The position numbers were made by a program, and so were the translations under genes. Shown here one piece after another: positions 20,405-30,588 of a stretch of 64,000 nucleotides of DNA. Each line of letters starts with the position of its first letter. The stretch's first letter is position 1. Location of the stretch: the NCBI GenBank assembly GCA_040905425.1, contig JBBDRO010000106.1, positions 5,717-69,716 of the forward strand. Reading direction: 5' to 3'. This DNA comes from Gemmatimonadota bacterium (lineage in GTDB: Bacteria; Gemmatimonadota; Gemmatimonadetes; Longimicrobiales; RSA9). The notes under the pieces were generated by a model. That model saw nothing but the letters and a program-made list of their open reading frames with translations, was not told where the DNA came from and made no database searches.

Positions 20405-21176
20405 CCAGGTCCGCGCGGTGATCGTGGACGATGAGCCGCTGGCCCGGGACCTCCTGCGGGGCATGCTGGAGAGCGTCGTCGAGGTGCGGGTGGTCGGGGA
20501 GGCGGGGGACGGAGCCGCCGCGGTGGAGTTGGTTCGCGGCGAGCGGCCGGAACTTCTCTTCCTGGATGTACAGATGCCCGAGCGGGACGGTTTCGACGTG
20601 CTGCGCGAGCTCGGGGAGGACGCGCCGCCGGCCGTCATCTTCGTGACGGCCTACGATCGGTACGCCCTGCGTGCGTTCGAGGTTAGCGCCATGGACTACC
20701 TGCTCAAGCCGTTCGATGAGGAGCGGCTGGAGCGCTCCGTGAGCCGGGCCGTGGCGGAACTGCGGGGTGCCGCGTCGGGCAAGGGGGAGGATCGGGTTGG
20801 CGAACTCCTGCGGCGGTTGGAACTGCTGGAGCGGAGGGAGCGGTACTCCGGGCGCCTGGCCATCACGCAGGGGGAGCGCACCTTCCTGCAGCCCGTACGG
20901 GACATCGACTGGATCGAGGCCGACGGCAAGTTCATGAACATCCACGTGGGGGAGAAGAAGTACACCATGCGCGCCACGCTGCTGGGCCTGCAGGAGCAGC
21001 TCGATCCGGAGGTCTTCCTGCGCGTCAGCCGGGGGGCGATCCTGAACGTGAATCGCATTCGCGAGGTGCAGCCCTGGTTCAACGGTGAGTACGTGGCCGT
21101 GATGCACAGCGGCGCGCAGGTGACCACCACGCGCAGCTACCGGGCCGCGCTCGCCCGCGTCATCGGCAAGGAATGA
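20397..21176 (+). CDS. LytTR-family response regulator
   Basis: VDDEPLAR, FLDVQMP, DYLLKPF; C-terminal LytTR domain (FLRVSRGAILN). Confidence 0.93.
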   Translation: MNDQVRAVIVDDEPLARDLLRGMLESVVEVRVVGEAGDGAAAVELVRGERPELLFLDVQMPERDGFDVLRELGEDAPPAVIFVTAYDRYALRAFEVSAMDYLLKPFDEERLERSVSRAVAELRGAASGKGEDRVGELLRRLELLERRERYSGRLAITQGERTFLQPVRDIDWIEADGKFMNIHVGEKKYTMRATLLGLQEQLDPEVFLRVSRGAILNVNRIREVQPWFNGEYVAVMHSGAQVTTTRSYRAALARVIGKE

Positions 21177-21296
21177 TCGTTGCTGGCGCCGTGGGCCGGA
21201 CAGGCCCATGATCCCTGCCCGCGCTGCCCGGCTCCAGGGGCGGCGCCCGGCAGCTGATGACACCCATTCTGGCGACCCAGGACAGGAAGAGCCGGC

Positions 21297-22184
21297 ATGA
21301 ACCAGGAACAGTTGGACAAGATTCGCTCGGGGGACGGTTTCATTGCGGCGCTCGACCAGAGCGGCGGAAGCACCCCGAAGGCGCTCCTTCAGTACGGCGT
21401 GGGGGAGGATGCCTACGGCAACGAGGAGGAGATGTTCGATCGCATCCACGAGATGCGCACGCGCATCATCACCAATCCAGCCTTCACCGGCGAGCGTATC
21501 ATCGGCGCGATCCTCTTCGAAAACACCATGGATCGTGACATCGAAGGGCAGGGCAGCGCCGCCTACCTGTGGTCGGTCAAGCGGGTGGTGCCCTTCCTGA
21601 AGGTGGACAAGGGGCTGGCCGCCGAGGCGGACGGGGTGCAGGTGATGAAGCCCATGCCGGGCCTGAACGAGCTGCTGGCCCGCGGCCGGCAGAAGGGCGT
21701 GTTCGGCACCAAGATGCGCTCGGTCATCAAGCGCGCCAACGAAGCCGGGATCGCGGGCATCGCCGCACAGCAGTTCGACGTGGGTCGGCAGATCCTGGAC
21801 GCCGGCCTGATCCCGATCCTGGAGCCCGAAGTGGACATCCACAGCCCCGACAAGGCACAGGCGGAGGCGCTGCTCCGGGAACGGCTGCTGGCGGGGCTGG
21901 CGGACGTGCCCGACGACCAGGTCCTCATGTTCAAGCTGACGCTGCCCGAGGAAGACGACTTCTACCGTGAGCTGGTGGAGCACCCGCGCGTGCTCAAGTT
22001 GGTGGCGCTCTCCGGCGGCTACAGCCGGGAGGAGGCCAACGCGCGCCTGGCGCGGAACCCCGGTGTGGTGGCGAGCTTCTCGCGGGCGCTCACCGAGGGA
22101 CTCACCGCCCAGCAGGACGAGGACGAGTTCACGCGCCGCCTGGACAAGGCCATCCAGAGCATCTACGAGGCGTCCGTGGCGTAG
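21297..22184 (+). CDS. fda: Fructose-bisphosphate aldolase class I
   Basis: GFIAALDQSGGSTPKAL, PFLKVDKGL, GTKMRS, ASFSRAL. Confidence 0.93.
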   Translation: MNQEQLDKIRSGDGFIAALDQSGGSTPKALLQYGVGEDAYGNEEEMFDRIHEMRTRIITNPAFTGERIIGAILFENTMDRDIEGQGSAAYLWSVKRVVPFLKVDKGLAAEADGVQVMKPMPGLNELLARGRQKGVFGTKMRSVIKRANEAGIAGIAAQQFDVGRQILDAGLIPILEPEVDIHSPDKAQAEALLRERLLAGLADVPDDQVLMFKLTLPEEDDFYRELVEHPRVLKLVALSGGYSREEANARLARNPGVVASFSRALTEGLTAQQDEDEFTRRLDKAIQSIYEASVA

Positions 22185-22205
22185 CGCGCTCCCGCTGGCA
22201 TGGGA

Positions 22206-22239
22206 TCGGGCCCGGGCCGCCTGGCGGACCCGGGCCCGA
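22206..22239. terminator. GC-rich hairpin between convergent genes
   Basis: tcgggcccggg...cccgggcccga inverted repeat. Confidence 0.6.
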
Positions 22240-22268
22240 GGTGTATCGGGGGGCTGTAGACCGGATTC

Positions 22269-23564
22269 TCAGGCCGCGCCCACCCGATCCAGCGCCAGAC
22301 CCAGCGTGGCCGCAAGCAGTCCTTGCTCCCCCGAGCCGGCCCGCTCGAGCACCTCGTCCAGGGTGTCCCGGATGGTGCGCTCCACCGCGGCCAGCACCGG
22401 CTCAGCCTCCGCTCGGGCGTCCCTCTCCATCAGGTAGCTGAACGTCCGCGCCATGCCGCAGTTGGCCAGGATGTCAGGCAGCACCGCGAAGCGCAGATCC
22501 GCCAGCCGGGCCACGGCGGTGGATCCCAGGCGGGCTTCGCGGAATGGCTGATTGGCGCCCGCCGCGATGAGGCGCACACCCCCGGCCTCGAGGCGGTCCA
22601 TGACTTCCGCCGTGACCGTCTCGCTGAGCGCCGCCGCCACGAACACGTCCGCGGGGACGTCCCAGAAATCTTCTCCGGCGCCTGGCTTGACACGTTCGTC
22701 CTCCAGCGGCAGGCGCTTGTCCTCCCGGCGGCGGACCAGATCCTCGACTTCGGCGGCCTCGAGGCCGCCCGGCGCCAGCAGCGTGGCGCGGCTGTCCCGC
22801 ACGCCCACGATGCGCGCCCCGCGCTGGGCCAGGTAGAGGGCGCACGCGGCGCCCACATTGCCGAAGCCCTCCACCAGTACGCGCTTGCCCTCCAGCGTAC
22901 GTCCGCCCCGTTCGCAGTGGCGGCACACGGCGTAGCCCACGCCGTAGCCCGTCACCACGTCCGCCACGGTCATGGGGTAGCCGTCCAGTCCCCCCACCAC
23001 CACCGGGGCGCCCACGCCCGCCTCCATGCGACGCATGATGGCATCGAAGCCGGCGGCCGTGGGGTTCAGGTGGCCACGCACCACGCCCTCCTGGGGCGCG
23101 GCCAGGCCGAGGCGCTCGAAGGCCGGGATGACGTCCAGCACCTCGTCCACGCCGAAGTCCCCGCCGGTGCCGTAGCGCGCCCGCAGATAAGGGGTGATGG
23201 CCCGATACCAGCGTTCCAGGACGTCCACCTTGCGCGGGTCGGCGGGATCGAAGTCGATGCCGCTTTTGGCGCCTCCGATGGGCGGCCCCGCGATGGAGAA
23301 CTTCAGCTCCATGGCCTTGGCCAGGTACGTGACCTCGCGGGGATGCACCCCGGGATGCATGCGTGTGCCGCCGCCTGCCGCGCCTCCGCGGGAGGAGTTG
23401 ATGACCAGCCAGGCGCGGGCGCCGGTCTCCCGGTCCCGCCACTGCACGGTCAGTTCGGGGGGACGGCGCACGAAAGCGGCGTAGCGCTTCCAGGTGGAGG
23501 GGCCGCGCTGCTCGGGTTGTGCGGCGCGCGCGCCGCGCGTGGAGCGGGCAATGCGGGCACTCAT
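22269..23564 (-). CDS. Glu/Leu/Phe/Val dehydrogenase family protein
   Basis: GGGTRM, MELKF, GGAKSG, EGFGNVG, GAN and PDILANCG motifs. Confidence 0.88.
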   Translation of the reverse strand: MSARIARSTRGARAAQPEQRGPSTWKRYAAFVRRPPELTVQWRDRETGARAWLVINSSRGGAAGGGTRMHPGVHPREVTYLAKAMELKFSIAGPPIGGAKSGIDFDPADPRKVDVLERWYRAITPYLRARYGTGGDFGVDEVLDVIPAFERLGLAAPQEGVVRGHLNPTAAGFDAIMRRMEAGVGAPVVVGGLDGYPMTVADVVTGYGVGYAVCRHCERGGRTLEGKRVLVEGFGNVGAACALYLAQRGARIVGVRDSRATLLAPGGLEAAEVEDLVRRREDKRLPLEDERVKPGAGEDFWDVPADVFVAAALSETVTAEVMDRLEAGGVRLIAAGANQPFREARLGSTAVARLADLRFAVLPDILANCGMARTFSYLMERDARAEAEPVLAAVERTIRDTLDEVLERAGSGEQGLLAATLGLALDRVGAA

Positions 23565-23905
23565 CCGTGCGCGGCCGGCAGGATGGGCTCCACCAGCACG
23601 TCCATCGTGCCGCCGCACACGGCGGGGCTCCACCCCTCGATGCTGTCCGTCAGCTGCACGCTCACCACGCGCGGGCGGCCGCTCGCCACCACCTCGTGCG
23701 CCGCCGTGATGACGTCGGCCTCGCCGCAGCCGCCGCCGATGGTACCCACCATGGCGTGCTCCGGCGCACGCTCCGGGTCCACCAGCATGCGGCTACCCGC
23801 GTGCCGCGGCACGGAGCCGCGCGTGCGGATGACGGTGGCCAGGGCCACCCGGCGTCCCTCGGCGGCGGCCGCCACGATGGCCCGGTAGACGCTCGCGTCC
23901 TCCAT
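23561..23905 (-). CDS. Stand-alone XdhC/CoxI N-terminal domain protein
   Basis: LATVIRTRGSVPRHAGSRMLV, GTIGGGCGE, CGG. Confidence 0.88.
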   Translation of the reverse strand: MEDASVYRAIVAAAAEGRRVALATVIRTRGSVPRHAGSRMLVDPERAPEHAMVGTIGGGCGEADVITAAHEVVASGRPRVVSVQLTDSIEGWSPAVCGGTMDVLVEPILPAAHG

Positions 23906-23954
23906 CCCCTACCTCCTGCCTTTCAGCCACGCCCGACGTACCTCGTCCGGCGTT

Positions 23955-24761
23955 CTACTCGGGAAGCAAGCGCTCCAGCACCCGTTCCCGCGACCACGTG
24001 GACTCGCCCGCCGCGCCGCGCCGCACCTGCACCAGCTCCGCGGCAATCGCCACGGCGATCTCCTCCGGCGTCTCCGCCCCGATCTCCAGCCCGATCGGGG
24101 CGCGCACATCGGCCAGATCCGCGCGCGCCATGCCGGCCTCAAGCAGCGCGTGGAACGCCGCGCGTACCCGCCGGCGGCTGCCGATCATGCCCACGTAACG
24201 CGGCCGCTCGGGCAGCTCGACCAGGCGGCGCAGGCAGTCGAAGTCCCAGCGGTGCCCGCGCGTCACCAGCGCCACGTAGCTGTGCCGATCCAGCGCCACA
24301 CCGGCGAAGGGATCCGCTGCGAAATCCACCCGTACCACGTCGGCCTCCGCCGGGAAGCGGTCGGGCGTGGCGAACTCCTCCCGGTCATCCAGCACGCTCA
24401 CCTCGAAGCCCAGGCGCACGCCGTACCAGGCCAGCGGCACCGCGATATGGCCGGCCCCCACCACCACCAGACGCTCCCGTGCGCGATGGCCCTCCACCAG
24501 CAGCGTCCACTCCCCACCGGATGTGGTCAGCGTCTCCAGCCGTGCGCCGCCGCTACGCATTTGCCGCTGCGCCAGCCCGGCCGCCGCGTTGTCCGCCTCG
24601 GCGTCACCCAGGGAGCCCCGTCGGGTGCCGTCCTCCAGGAGCATGAGCTTGCTTGCCAGGGCGTCCGCGGGGCCCTCCACCACCGTGGCCACACCCACCG
24701 CCTGCCCCCCCTCCAGCGCGGCCAGGATGGCGGCCGCCACCTCCGCCGCGCCCACGCTCAC
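23955..24761 (-). CDS. xdhC: XdhC-family Moco chaperone (degenerate CoxI domain plus Rossmann domain)
   Basis: VVGAGHIA, TRGH, YVGMIGSRRR, APIGLEIGAETPEEIAVAI. Confidence 0.88.
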   Translation of the reverse strand: MSVGAAEVAAAILAALEGGQAVGVATVVEGPADALASKLMLLEDGTRRGSLGDAEADNAAAGLAQRQMRSGGARLETLTTSGGEWTLLVEGHRARERLVVVGAGHIAVPLAWYGVRLGFEVSVLDDREEFATPDRFPAEADVVRVDFAADPFAGVALDRHSYVALVTRGHRWDFDCLRRLVELPERPRYVGMIGSRRRVRAAFHALLEAGMARADLADVRAPIGLEIGAETPEEIAVAIAAELVQVRRGAAGESTWSRERVLERLLPE

Positions 24762-25366
24762 GCCGTTCCTCCGTGACGATGCAGGTCCGCCGGCGTGTCC
24801 AGGTCCAACAGGGCGCCGGCGTCGTCCACGGCTACCGTCTCCACATCGGCTGCGTGCACGGTGAGCAGCGAGCGGACGCCTTCGGGCTGCGGCGTTTCCA
24901 TGAGGGCGGCGAAGAGGGTGCGGTCCAGCAGCACCGGATGGCCGCCCACCCCATCATGCTCGGGCAGCACGATGGCCGCCCCTCCGCGTTGCCACGCGGC
25001 TACCACCGCCGCCACCGTAGTGGCGCTCACGTAGGGCACGTCCACCGGCAGGATGAGGGCGGCCGGCGCGTCGGGCAGAGCGGCCAGGGCCAGCCGCACG
25101 GAGTCCACCTGCTCCGAGTGCGCGGCGGCGTTCTCCACGACGCGCGCACCGGCAGTCTCGGCCGCCTCCCGTGTGGCCTCGTCAGCGGCGGCCACGACCA
25201 CGACGACGGGGCTGCACCCTCCCTGCCGTAACAGCTGAACCGCGCGCGCCACGAAGGTTTGGCCGTCTACCTCGAGGAGCGGTTTCGGCGTGCCCATGCG
25301 CTCGGAGCGGCCGGCCGCCGGAACGATTCCGGCCACAGCGTCCGAGGCGTCGCGCGTTTTGCTCAT
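24758..25366 (-). CDS. mocA: Molybdenum cofactor cytidylyltransferase-like nucleotidyltransferase
   Basis: AAGRSERMGTPKPLL, GHPVL, DLDTPAD; adjacent to xdhC. Confidence 0.82.
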   Translation of the reverse strand: MSKTRDASDAVAGIVPAAGRSERMGTPKPLLEVDGQTFVARAVQLLRQGGCSPVVVVVAAADEATREAAETAGARVVENAAAHSEQVDSVRLALAALPDAPAALILPVDVPYVSATTVAAVVAAWQRGGAAIVLPEHDGVGGHPVLLDRTLFAALMETPQPEGVRSLLTVHAADVETVAVDDAGALLDLDTPADLHRHGGTA

Positions 25367-25528
25367 GCCTGGGAGGCTACGCCGGGCGTGCGCCCCGCCG
25401 CAAGCCGAACAGCGGTATGCATTTGTGCACGCAAAAGCAGTCGGGCGCCGGCGCCGCGGATACCGCCTTGCGTGGCCGTCCGGGAAGCGGAAAATTCAGG
25501 GGCACGCCACCCGCACACCGGAGGACGT

Positions 25529-26140
25529 TTGAGCCGCTGGGACGAGCGCTATGCGCAGTCGGGCTACGCCTACGGTACCGCGCCCAATGACTTCCTTGTC
25601 GAGGCGGCTCCCGCCATCCCCGCGGGGCCGGTGCTCTCGCTGGCCGAAGGCGAGGGCCGCAACGCCGTCTTCCTGGCCGCCCGCGGATACACCGTGACGG
25701 CGGTGGACGCCTCGCCCATCGGCCTGTCCAAGGCCGCGCGCCTGGCCGCCGAACGTGGGGTGCGCATCGAGACCCGCCTGGCCGACCTGGAAGCGAACTT
25801 CGACCTGGGCACCGCGCGGTGGGCCGGCGTGGTCTCCATCTGGTGCCACCTCCCCCGCCGCGCGCGGGAGCAACTCCACGCACAGATGGCCCGCGCGCTC
25901 CTGCCTGGCGGTGTCTTCATTCTGGAAGCCTACACCCCGCGCCAGCTCCGCTACGGCACCGGCGGTCCCTCCAGCGCCGCGCTGCTGCCCGCGCTGGACG
26001 ATCTGCGCCAGGAATTGAAGGATCTGGAGCTGGAGATCGCGCGGGAGGTGGTCCGGCAGGTCCAGGAGGGGCGCATGCACCATGGTGAGAGCGCGGTGGT
26101 CCAGCTGCTCGGCCGCCGTGCCGGGGGCGCCTCCGGCTGA
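25529..26140 (+). CDS. Class I SAM-dependent methyltransferase (TehB-like)
   Basis: WDERY, YGTAPNDFL, LAEGEGRNAVFLA; GGAGG RBS before TTG. Confidence 0.88.
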   Translation: MSRWDERYAQSGYAYGTAPNDFLVEAAPAIPAGPVLSLAEGEGRNAVFLAARGYTVTAVDASPIGLSKAARLAAERGVRIETRLADLEANFDLGTARWAGVVSIWCHLPRRAREQLHAQMARALLPGGVFILEAYTPRQLRYGTGGPSSAALLPALDDLRQELKDLELEIAREVVRQVQEGRMHHGESAVVQLLGRRAGGASG

Positions 26141-26958
26141 TGCGTGCGGCTCCGTCCACCGGCCTTTTCAAGCGACGTTCGCCAGCGCACGATCCGCGGG
26201 GCCCTGACCTCCCACGGCTCCCGCTTCATCCGCTGCTGCGCTCGGTGTTGGCGCTGCCGGTGGCGTGTGCGCTGGCCGCGTCCGCGTGTGAGGGCCCTGC
26301 GTTCCCCGGCGAGCCTGATCGGCAGGGCGTGACGCTGCCCGCCGCCGGCGGGACCGTGGCACTGCTCGGCGGTGCGCTCCGCCTGGTGGTACCCGCGAGC
26401 GCACTGGCGGGGGAGACGTACTTCGAGGCCGCGCTCAGCACCGGCCACCCGGGCGCTACCCTGCTGGTTCCCGGCACGGCGCTGACCGTGCAGGCGGAGC
26501 CGGCGCTGGTCGGATCGATCGAGCTCTCGCTCACCTACGACGATGCGCGCCTGCCACATGCGTTGCGGCACGAGGAGCTACGCGTCTACAAGCTGGGAGG
26601 TGACTTCTGGCGGCCAGTGGAGGGCAGCGCGCCGGCCGCGGAGTGGACCGTCTCCGCGGCCGTGGACAGCCTGGGCACCTTCGCGCTGCTCGGTGTCCCC
26701 GCCGCCATCGTGGAGGTGCTTCCCGCCCAGCTGCGCATGCGGGTGGGAGAGGAGGTGGCCGTTACGGCGCGGGTGCGGGATGCCGCCGGCAACCTGCTGC
26801 CCGGCCGCGCCGTCTCCTGGCTCAGCGCCAAGCCCACCGTGGCCACGGTGAACCACGCCGGCGTGGTGCGCGCCGTGGGGCCCGGGATCGGGCACATCGG
26901 CGCCACCAGCCAGGACGCCGCCGGCTCCAACAGCGTGGTCGTGGAGGGAGACCTCTAG
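26140..26958 (+). CDS. Putative lipoprotein with a ZU5-like domain and an Ig-like (Big_2) domain; start uncertain
   Basis: AASAC lipobox, AAGGTV/LVVPASAL segment, VSWLSAKPTVATVNHAGVVRAV. Confidence 0.7.
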   Translation: MRAAPSTGLFKRRSPAHDPRGPDLPRLPLHPLLRSVLALPVACALAASACEGPAFPGEPDRQGVTLPAAGGTVALLGGALRLVVPASALAGETYFEAALSTGHPGATLLVPGTALTVQAEPALVGSIELSLTYDDARLPHALRHEELRVYKLGGDFWRPVEGSAPAAEWTVSAAVDSLGTFALLGVPAAIVEVLPAQLRMRVGEEVAVTARVRDAAGNLLPGRAVSWLSAKPTVATVNHAGVVRAVGPGIGHIGATSQDAAGSNSVVVEGDL

Positions 26959-26992
26959 CGTCGCGGCGTGGAACCTGCCTGCTCCGCCTCCC

Positions 26993-29392
26993 ATGAAACG
27001 TCGCCTCGTCATTCTAGCCCTGCCGGTGCTCGCGCTGGCCGCCCTGCTGCTGCTGCTCCTGCCGCCTGCGGGGGACCCCCCCGGTCTGCACGAGGCCATG
27101 GAGGGGGACATGGAGGGGGATGTCCAGGAGTCGCTCGAAGGCATGGCGGCAACCGACATGCCCGAGCAGGCGCGTGCCTTCCTGGCCACCGACCGGCCCT
27201 GGCGCGCCGCGCAGGTGATGCGCACCTACCTGGCGCAGGACCCCTCCGCGCCCCCGGACCGGCGGGTGCTGGCCGCGCAGGCCGAAGCCGGCTGGGGCGC
27301 CTGGCCGGAGGTGCACGCTCTGCTCGCCGAAGTACCCGCGCTGGACACCCACGCGAGCGGCATCGGCCTCTACCTGCTCGGTCGGGCCCGGGATCACCTC
27401 GAGGACGCCGCAGGCGCCGTGGATGCGTACCGCGCGTTTCTGGCGCTCTCCCCGCCCGCCGGGGAACTGGAGGACGAGCGCGCCGCCGCGCGGCTGCGGC
27501 TGGGGCTGGCGCTGATCCGGGCGGGAGAGCGCGGCGCCGGGGAGCGTGAGCTGCGGACCGTTGCCGCCGGCTTCGGGGACGCCGCTGTCTGGCTGGATCT
27601 GCTGCAGGCGGACGCGCTCGCCTTCCGCGGGGACACGGCGGCCGTGCGGGCCACCGTGGCCGCCCACGATGCCGGCTACACCGGCCTGCGCGCATGGCGA
27701 GCCCGGGTGGAGGCCGCGCAGCGGGCCGGTGACCTGGCGGCCGCGCGCGCCCTGGCCAACCGCGCGCGGAACTGGGCCAGCACGTCCGCCACGCGTGCCG
27801 AGTTCCTCGTGGCCGCCGGCCGCCTTGCCATCCAGATGGGAGACACGGCGGCCGGGCGGGACGCCTTCAGGTCCGTGATCTCGGACGATGCGGCGGGACC
27901 CGCACCGCGCGCGGCGGCCGTCGCGTTGCTGGCCGGTCCCATGCGCCCCGCTGACCACCTGGCGGTGGCCCGCGTGCACCGCGCGCAGGGGCTCTACGAC
28001 GAAGCCATCGAGGGCTACCGTGCCTGGCTGGATGCGCGCACCGGAACGGCGGCCGAGCGCGTGCGTGTCCAACTGGATCTGGCGGATGCCCTCTTCTACG
28101 CCCAGCGCTACGACGAGGTGGAGGATGCCCTCCGCCCGGTGGCCTCCCGGACCGAGGCGCGCATGCTCCAGGCTCGGGCCGCGGCCTACGGCGGGGAGCC
28201 CGAGGAGGGCGCGCGTATCTACCTGGCCGTGGCCAACGAGTTCGCGGGTACCGGGACAGGACGGCAGGCCCTGTACGTGGCGGCGGGTACGCAGCACGAG
28301 GCCGGCAATATCGAACGCGCCCGCGACCTCTACCGGCAGGTGATCAGCCGCTACCCCGGCACCAGTCAGACCGGCCTGTCCATGATGCGTCTGGCCGGCA
28401 TCGCGTTCCAGGAAGAGGAGTACACCGAGGCCGCCCGCCTCTGGGACAGCTACCGGGAGCGCTACCCGCGCGGTAGCTCGGCGCTGCAGGCTACCTACTG
28501 GGCGGGCCGCGCGCGCGAGGCCGCGGGGGACGAGGCGGGCGCGGCCTCCCTCTACCGCGCGGTGCTGGAGCGCGAGCGGGACTCCTACTACGCCCTGCGC
28601 GCCAGCGAGCGGCTGGGGGAGCGCTTCTGGCCGCTGCCCATGCGCGCCACGCCCGCCGCCGACCCGGCGGCGGAGCGGCGTGTCGCGGGCTGGATGGAGC
28701 GCATCGACCTGCTGCGCGCCGCCGATTTCCCGGATGAGGCATCGGAGGAAGCCAGTCGCCTGCTCGGCGCGGCGGGCAGCGACCGGCCCACACGCTATGC
28801 GCTGGGTGAAGCGCTGGCCGCGCGCGGCTACACGCAGCGGGCCATCCAGCTTGGTCTGGGGCTGCAGGGCAGCGGTCCGCCTGATCGGCGTGTGCTGCGC
28901 ATCCTCTACCCGTTCCCGTATCGCACGCTTATTACCGAGGAGGCACGCGCACGGGATCTGGATCCGTTCATCGCAGCGGCGCTCATCCGTCAGGAGTCGA
29001 TGTTCGAGGCGCGCATCGTCTCACCGGCCGGCGCGCGCGGCCTGATGCAGATCATGCCGGCCACGGGCCGGGGTCTGGCGGAGGCCGCCGGTCTGGAGCC
29101 CTGGGACGCCGAGTTGCTCTTCCGCCCCGAGATCAACGTGCACCTGGGCACCCGCTACGTGGCCCAGCACATGGACAACTACCAAGGTTCGCTGCCCGCC
29201 GTCTTCGGCGCCTACAACGCCGGCGCCCACCGCGTTGAGCTGTGGCAGGCGTTTCCCGAATGGGAGGACGAGCAACTCTTCACCGAGCGCATCCCCTTTG
29301 CCGAGACGCGCGGCTATGTCCGGATCCTGACGCGCAATCGCGCGCTTTACGAGGGGCTGTACGGCGGGGGAGGAGTGACGCCTCCGTGCTAG
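26993..29392 (+). CDS. TPR-repeat soluble lytic transglycosylase (Slt70-like)
   Basis: IRQES, GARGLMQIMPATG, AYNAG, IPFAETRGYV. Confidence 0.9.
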   Translation: MKRRLVILALPVLALAALLLLLLPPAGDPPGLHEAMEGDMEGDVQESLEGMAATDMPEQARAFLATDRPWRAAQVMRTYLAQDPSAPPDRRVLAAQAEAGWGAWPEVHALLAEVPALDTHASGIGLYLLGRARDHLEDAAGAVDAYRAFLALSPPAGELEDERAAARLRLGLALIRAGERGAGERELRTVAAGFGDAAVWLDLLQADALAFRGDTAAVRATVAAHDAGYTGLRAWRARVEAAQRAGDLAAARALANRARNWASTSATRAEFLVAAGRLAIQMGDTAAGRDAFRSVISDDAAGPAPRAAAVALLAGPMRPADHLAVARVHRAQGLYDEAIEGYRAWLDARTGTAAERVRVQLDLADALFYAQRYDEVEDALRPVASRTEARMLQARAAAYGGEPEEGARIYLAVANEFAGTGTGRQALYVAAGTQHEAGNIERARDLYRQVISRYPGTSQTGLSMMRLAGIAFQEEEYTEAARLWDSYRERYPRGSSALQATYWAGRAREAAGDEAGAASLYRAVLERERDSYYALRASERLGERFWPLPMRATPAADPAAERRVAGWMERIDLLRAADFPDEASEEASRLLGAAGSDRPTRYALGEALAARGYTQRAIQLGLGLQGSGPPDRRVLRILYPFPYRTLITEEARARDLDPFIAAALIRQESMFEARIVSPAGARGLMQIMPATGRGLAEAAGLEPWDAELLFRPEINVHLGTRYVAQHMDNYQGSLPAVFGAYNAGAHRVELWQAFPEWEDEQLFTERIPFAETRGYVRILTRNRALYEGLYGGGGVTPPC

Positions 29393-29394
29393 CG

Positions 29395-30588
29395 TTACCG
29401 GTGGAGCGCGTACAGCGCCACCGCCTGCACCCCCAGCGAGTCCTCCTCCACCGCCAGCAGGCGATCCGTACCGATGTCCAGGATGCGCAGTGAGGCGCCC
29501 GGCGGCAGGTCTACATGGCCCAATCCGCGGCCCTCGGGATCCAGCAGGAAGAAGCGTTCGGGATTGTCCCGCACACGGGGCGGGTCCCCCACGTAGCGCG
29601 GCGTGTACTCCGCGATCCAGATGTTGCCCTCGGGGTCCGCCAGCAGGCCCTCGAAGTGCGGCAGCGGTTCCTGGATGGCCGCCTTCATGGTGGTCATGCG
29701 GCCGTTGATATCGGCGGCCGGTAGGCCGATCTCGGTGAATCGATCCCGCAGCGCACGCTCATACGCCGTCCAGAGCGAATCCGGCACCGGGACGCTCGGC
29801 GCCTCCCAGCGCGCGATGCGCGTGGGTTCGCCGTCGGCGCCCAGCCAGCGCACCTCCGGCGCATCCCCGCGCCCCACCACCACCGTGCCCCCGGTGATCG
29901 TGGCGTGCCCCTGGCTCAGGAACGGGTTGTTGCCCCCGTAGTCCAGGCTCTGGTCCCAGTCCGCCACCGCCAGGGTGTCCACCACGCCCGTGGCCAGGCT
30001 CATGCGGACGAAGGGAATCGACAGCCATGGCGTCTCGTACCTGCGCCCGTACACCACGCCAGGAGGCATGCCGAACACGGCACGCCCCTCTTCATCCGCT
30101 CCCAGCAGGCTCAGGTTGGCGGCGGGTCCCAGTTCCACGTCGCCCACCTGTTCACCGCCATGGAAGAGCGTAAGCCGGCGGTTCATGGCATCCTGCACCG
30201 CGATGGTGTCGGCCCCCAGGCGCTTCATGGCCAGAATGCGGCGGAATTCGCCCGGCCCCTGCCCGGGCCGGCCGAGCACGGCCTCGACTGCACCATCGGA
30301 GGCCAGGACGCTCACCTGCAGCGTCTGCCCGCCGTCCGCGATGGCGGCGCCCCCGCCCTCCAGCAGAGCGCCGGCCACGATGTTCTCGAAGACCGGCCCG
30401 GTTTCATCCCAGCCGACGCGCCACATGGGCTCTTCGGACACGCGCATGGGGGCGGCATCCGCCAGCGGCCAGGGGCTCTCCACCATGGAGATTCCGGCGC
30501 TGTCCCGAATGGTCACATGTGCGGACCGGGGTTGCCCGTCACCACAGGCGAGCAGGGCTGCGAGCAGAATGCCGATAGCTGGTTTCAC
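29395..30588 (-). CDS. 6-bladed beta-propeller lipoprotein
   Basis: LLAC lipobox, RDSAGISMVES, GRPGQGPGEF. Confidence 0.82.
   Translation of the reverse strand: MKPAIGILLAALLACGDGQPRSAHVTIRDSAGISMVESPWPLADAAPMRVSEEPMWRVGWDETGPVFENIVAGALLEGGGAAIADGGQTLQVSVLASDGAVEAVLGRPGQGPGEFRRILAMKRLGADTIAVQDAMNRRLTLFHGGEQVGDVELGPAANLSLLGADEEGRAVFGMPPGVVYGRRYETPWLSIPFVRMSLATGVVDTLAVADWDQSLDYGGNNPFLSQGHATITGGTVVVGRGDAPEVRWLGADGEPTRIARWEAPSVPVPDSLWTAYERALRDRFTEIGLPAADINGRMTTMKAAIQEPLPHFEGLLADPEGNIWIAEYTPRYVGDPPRVRDNPERFFLLDPEGRGLGHVDLPPGASLRILDIGTDRLLAVEEDSLGVQAVALYALHR

Noticed and set aside
27098..27121. Short coding tandem repeats (MEGD x2; also AAQG near 63090 and RAVR near 46940)
   Set aside because: In-frame 12-bp slippage duplications in linkers or signal regions; no sign of phase variation
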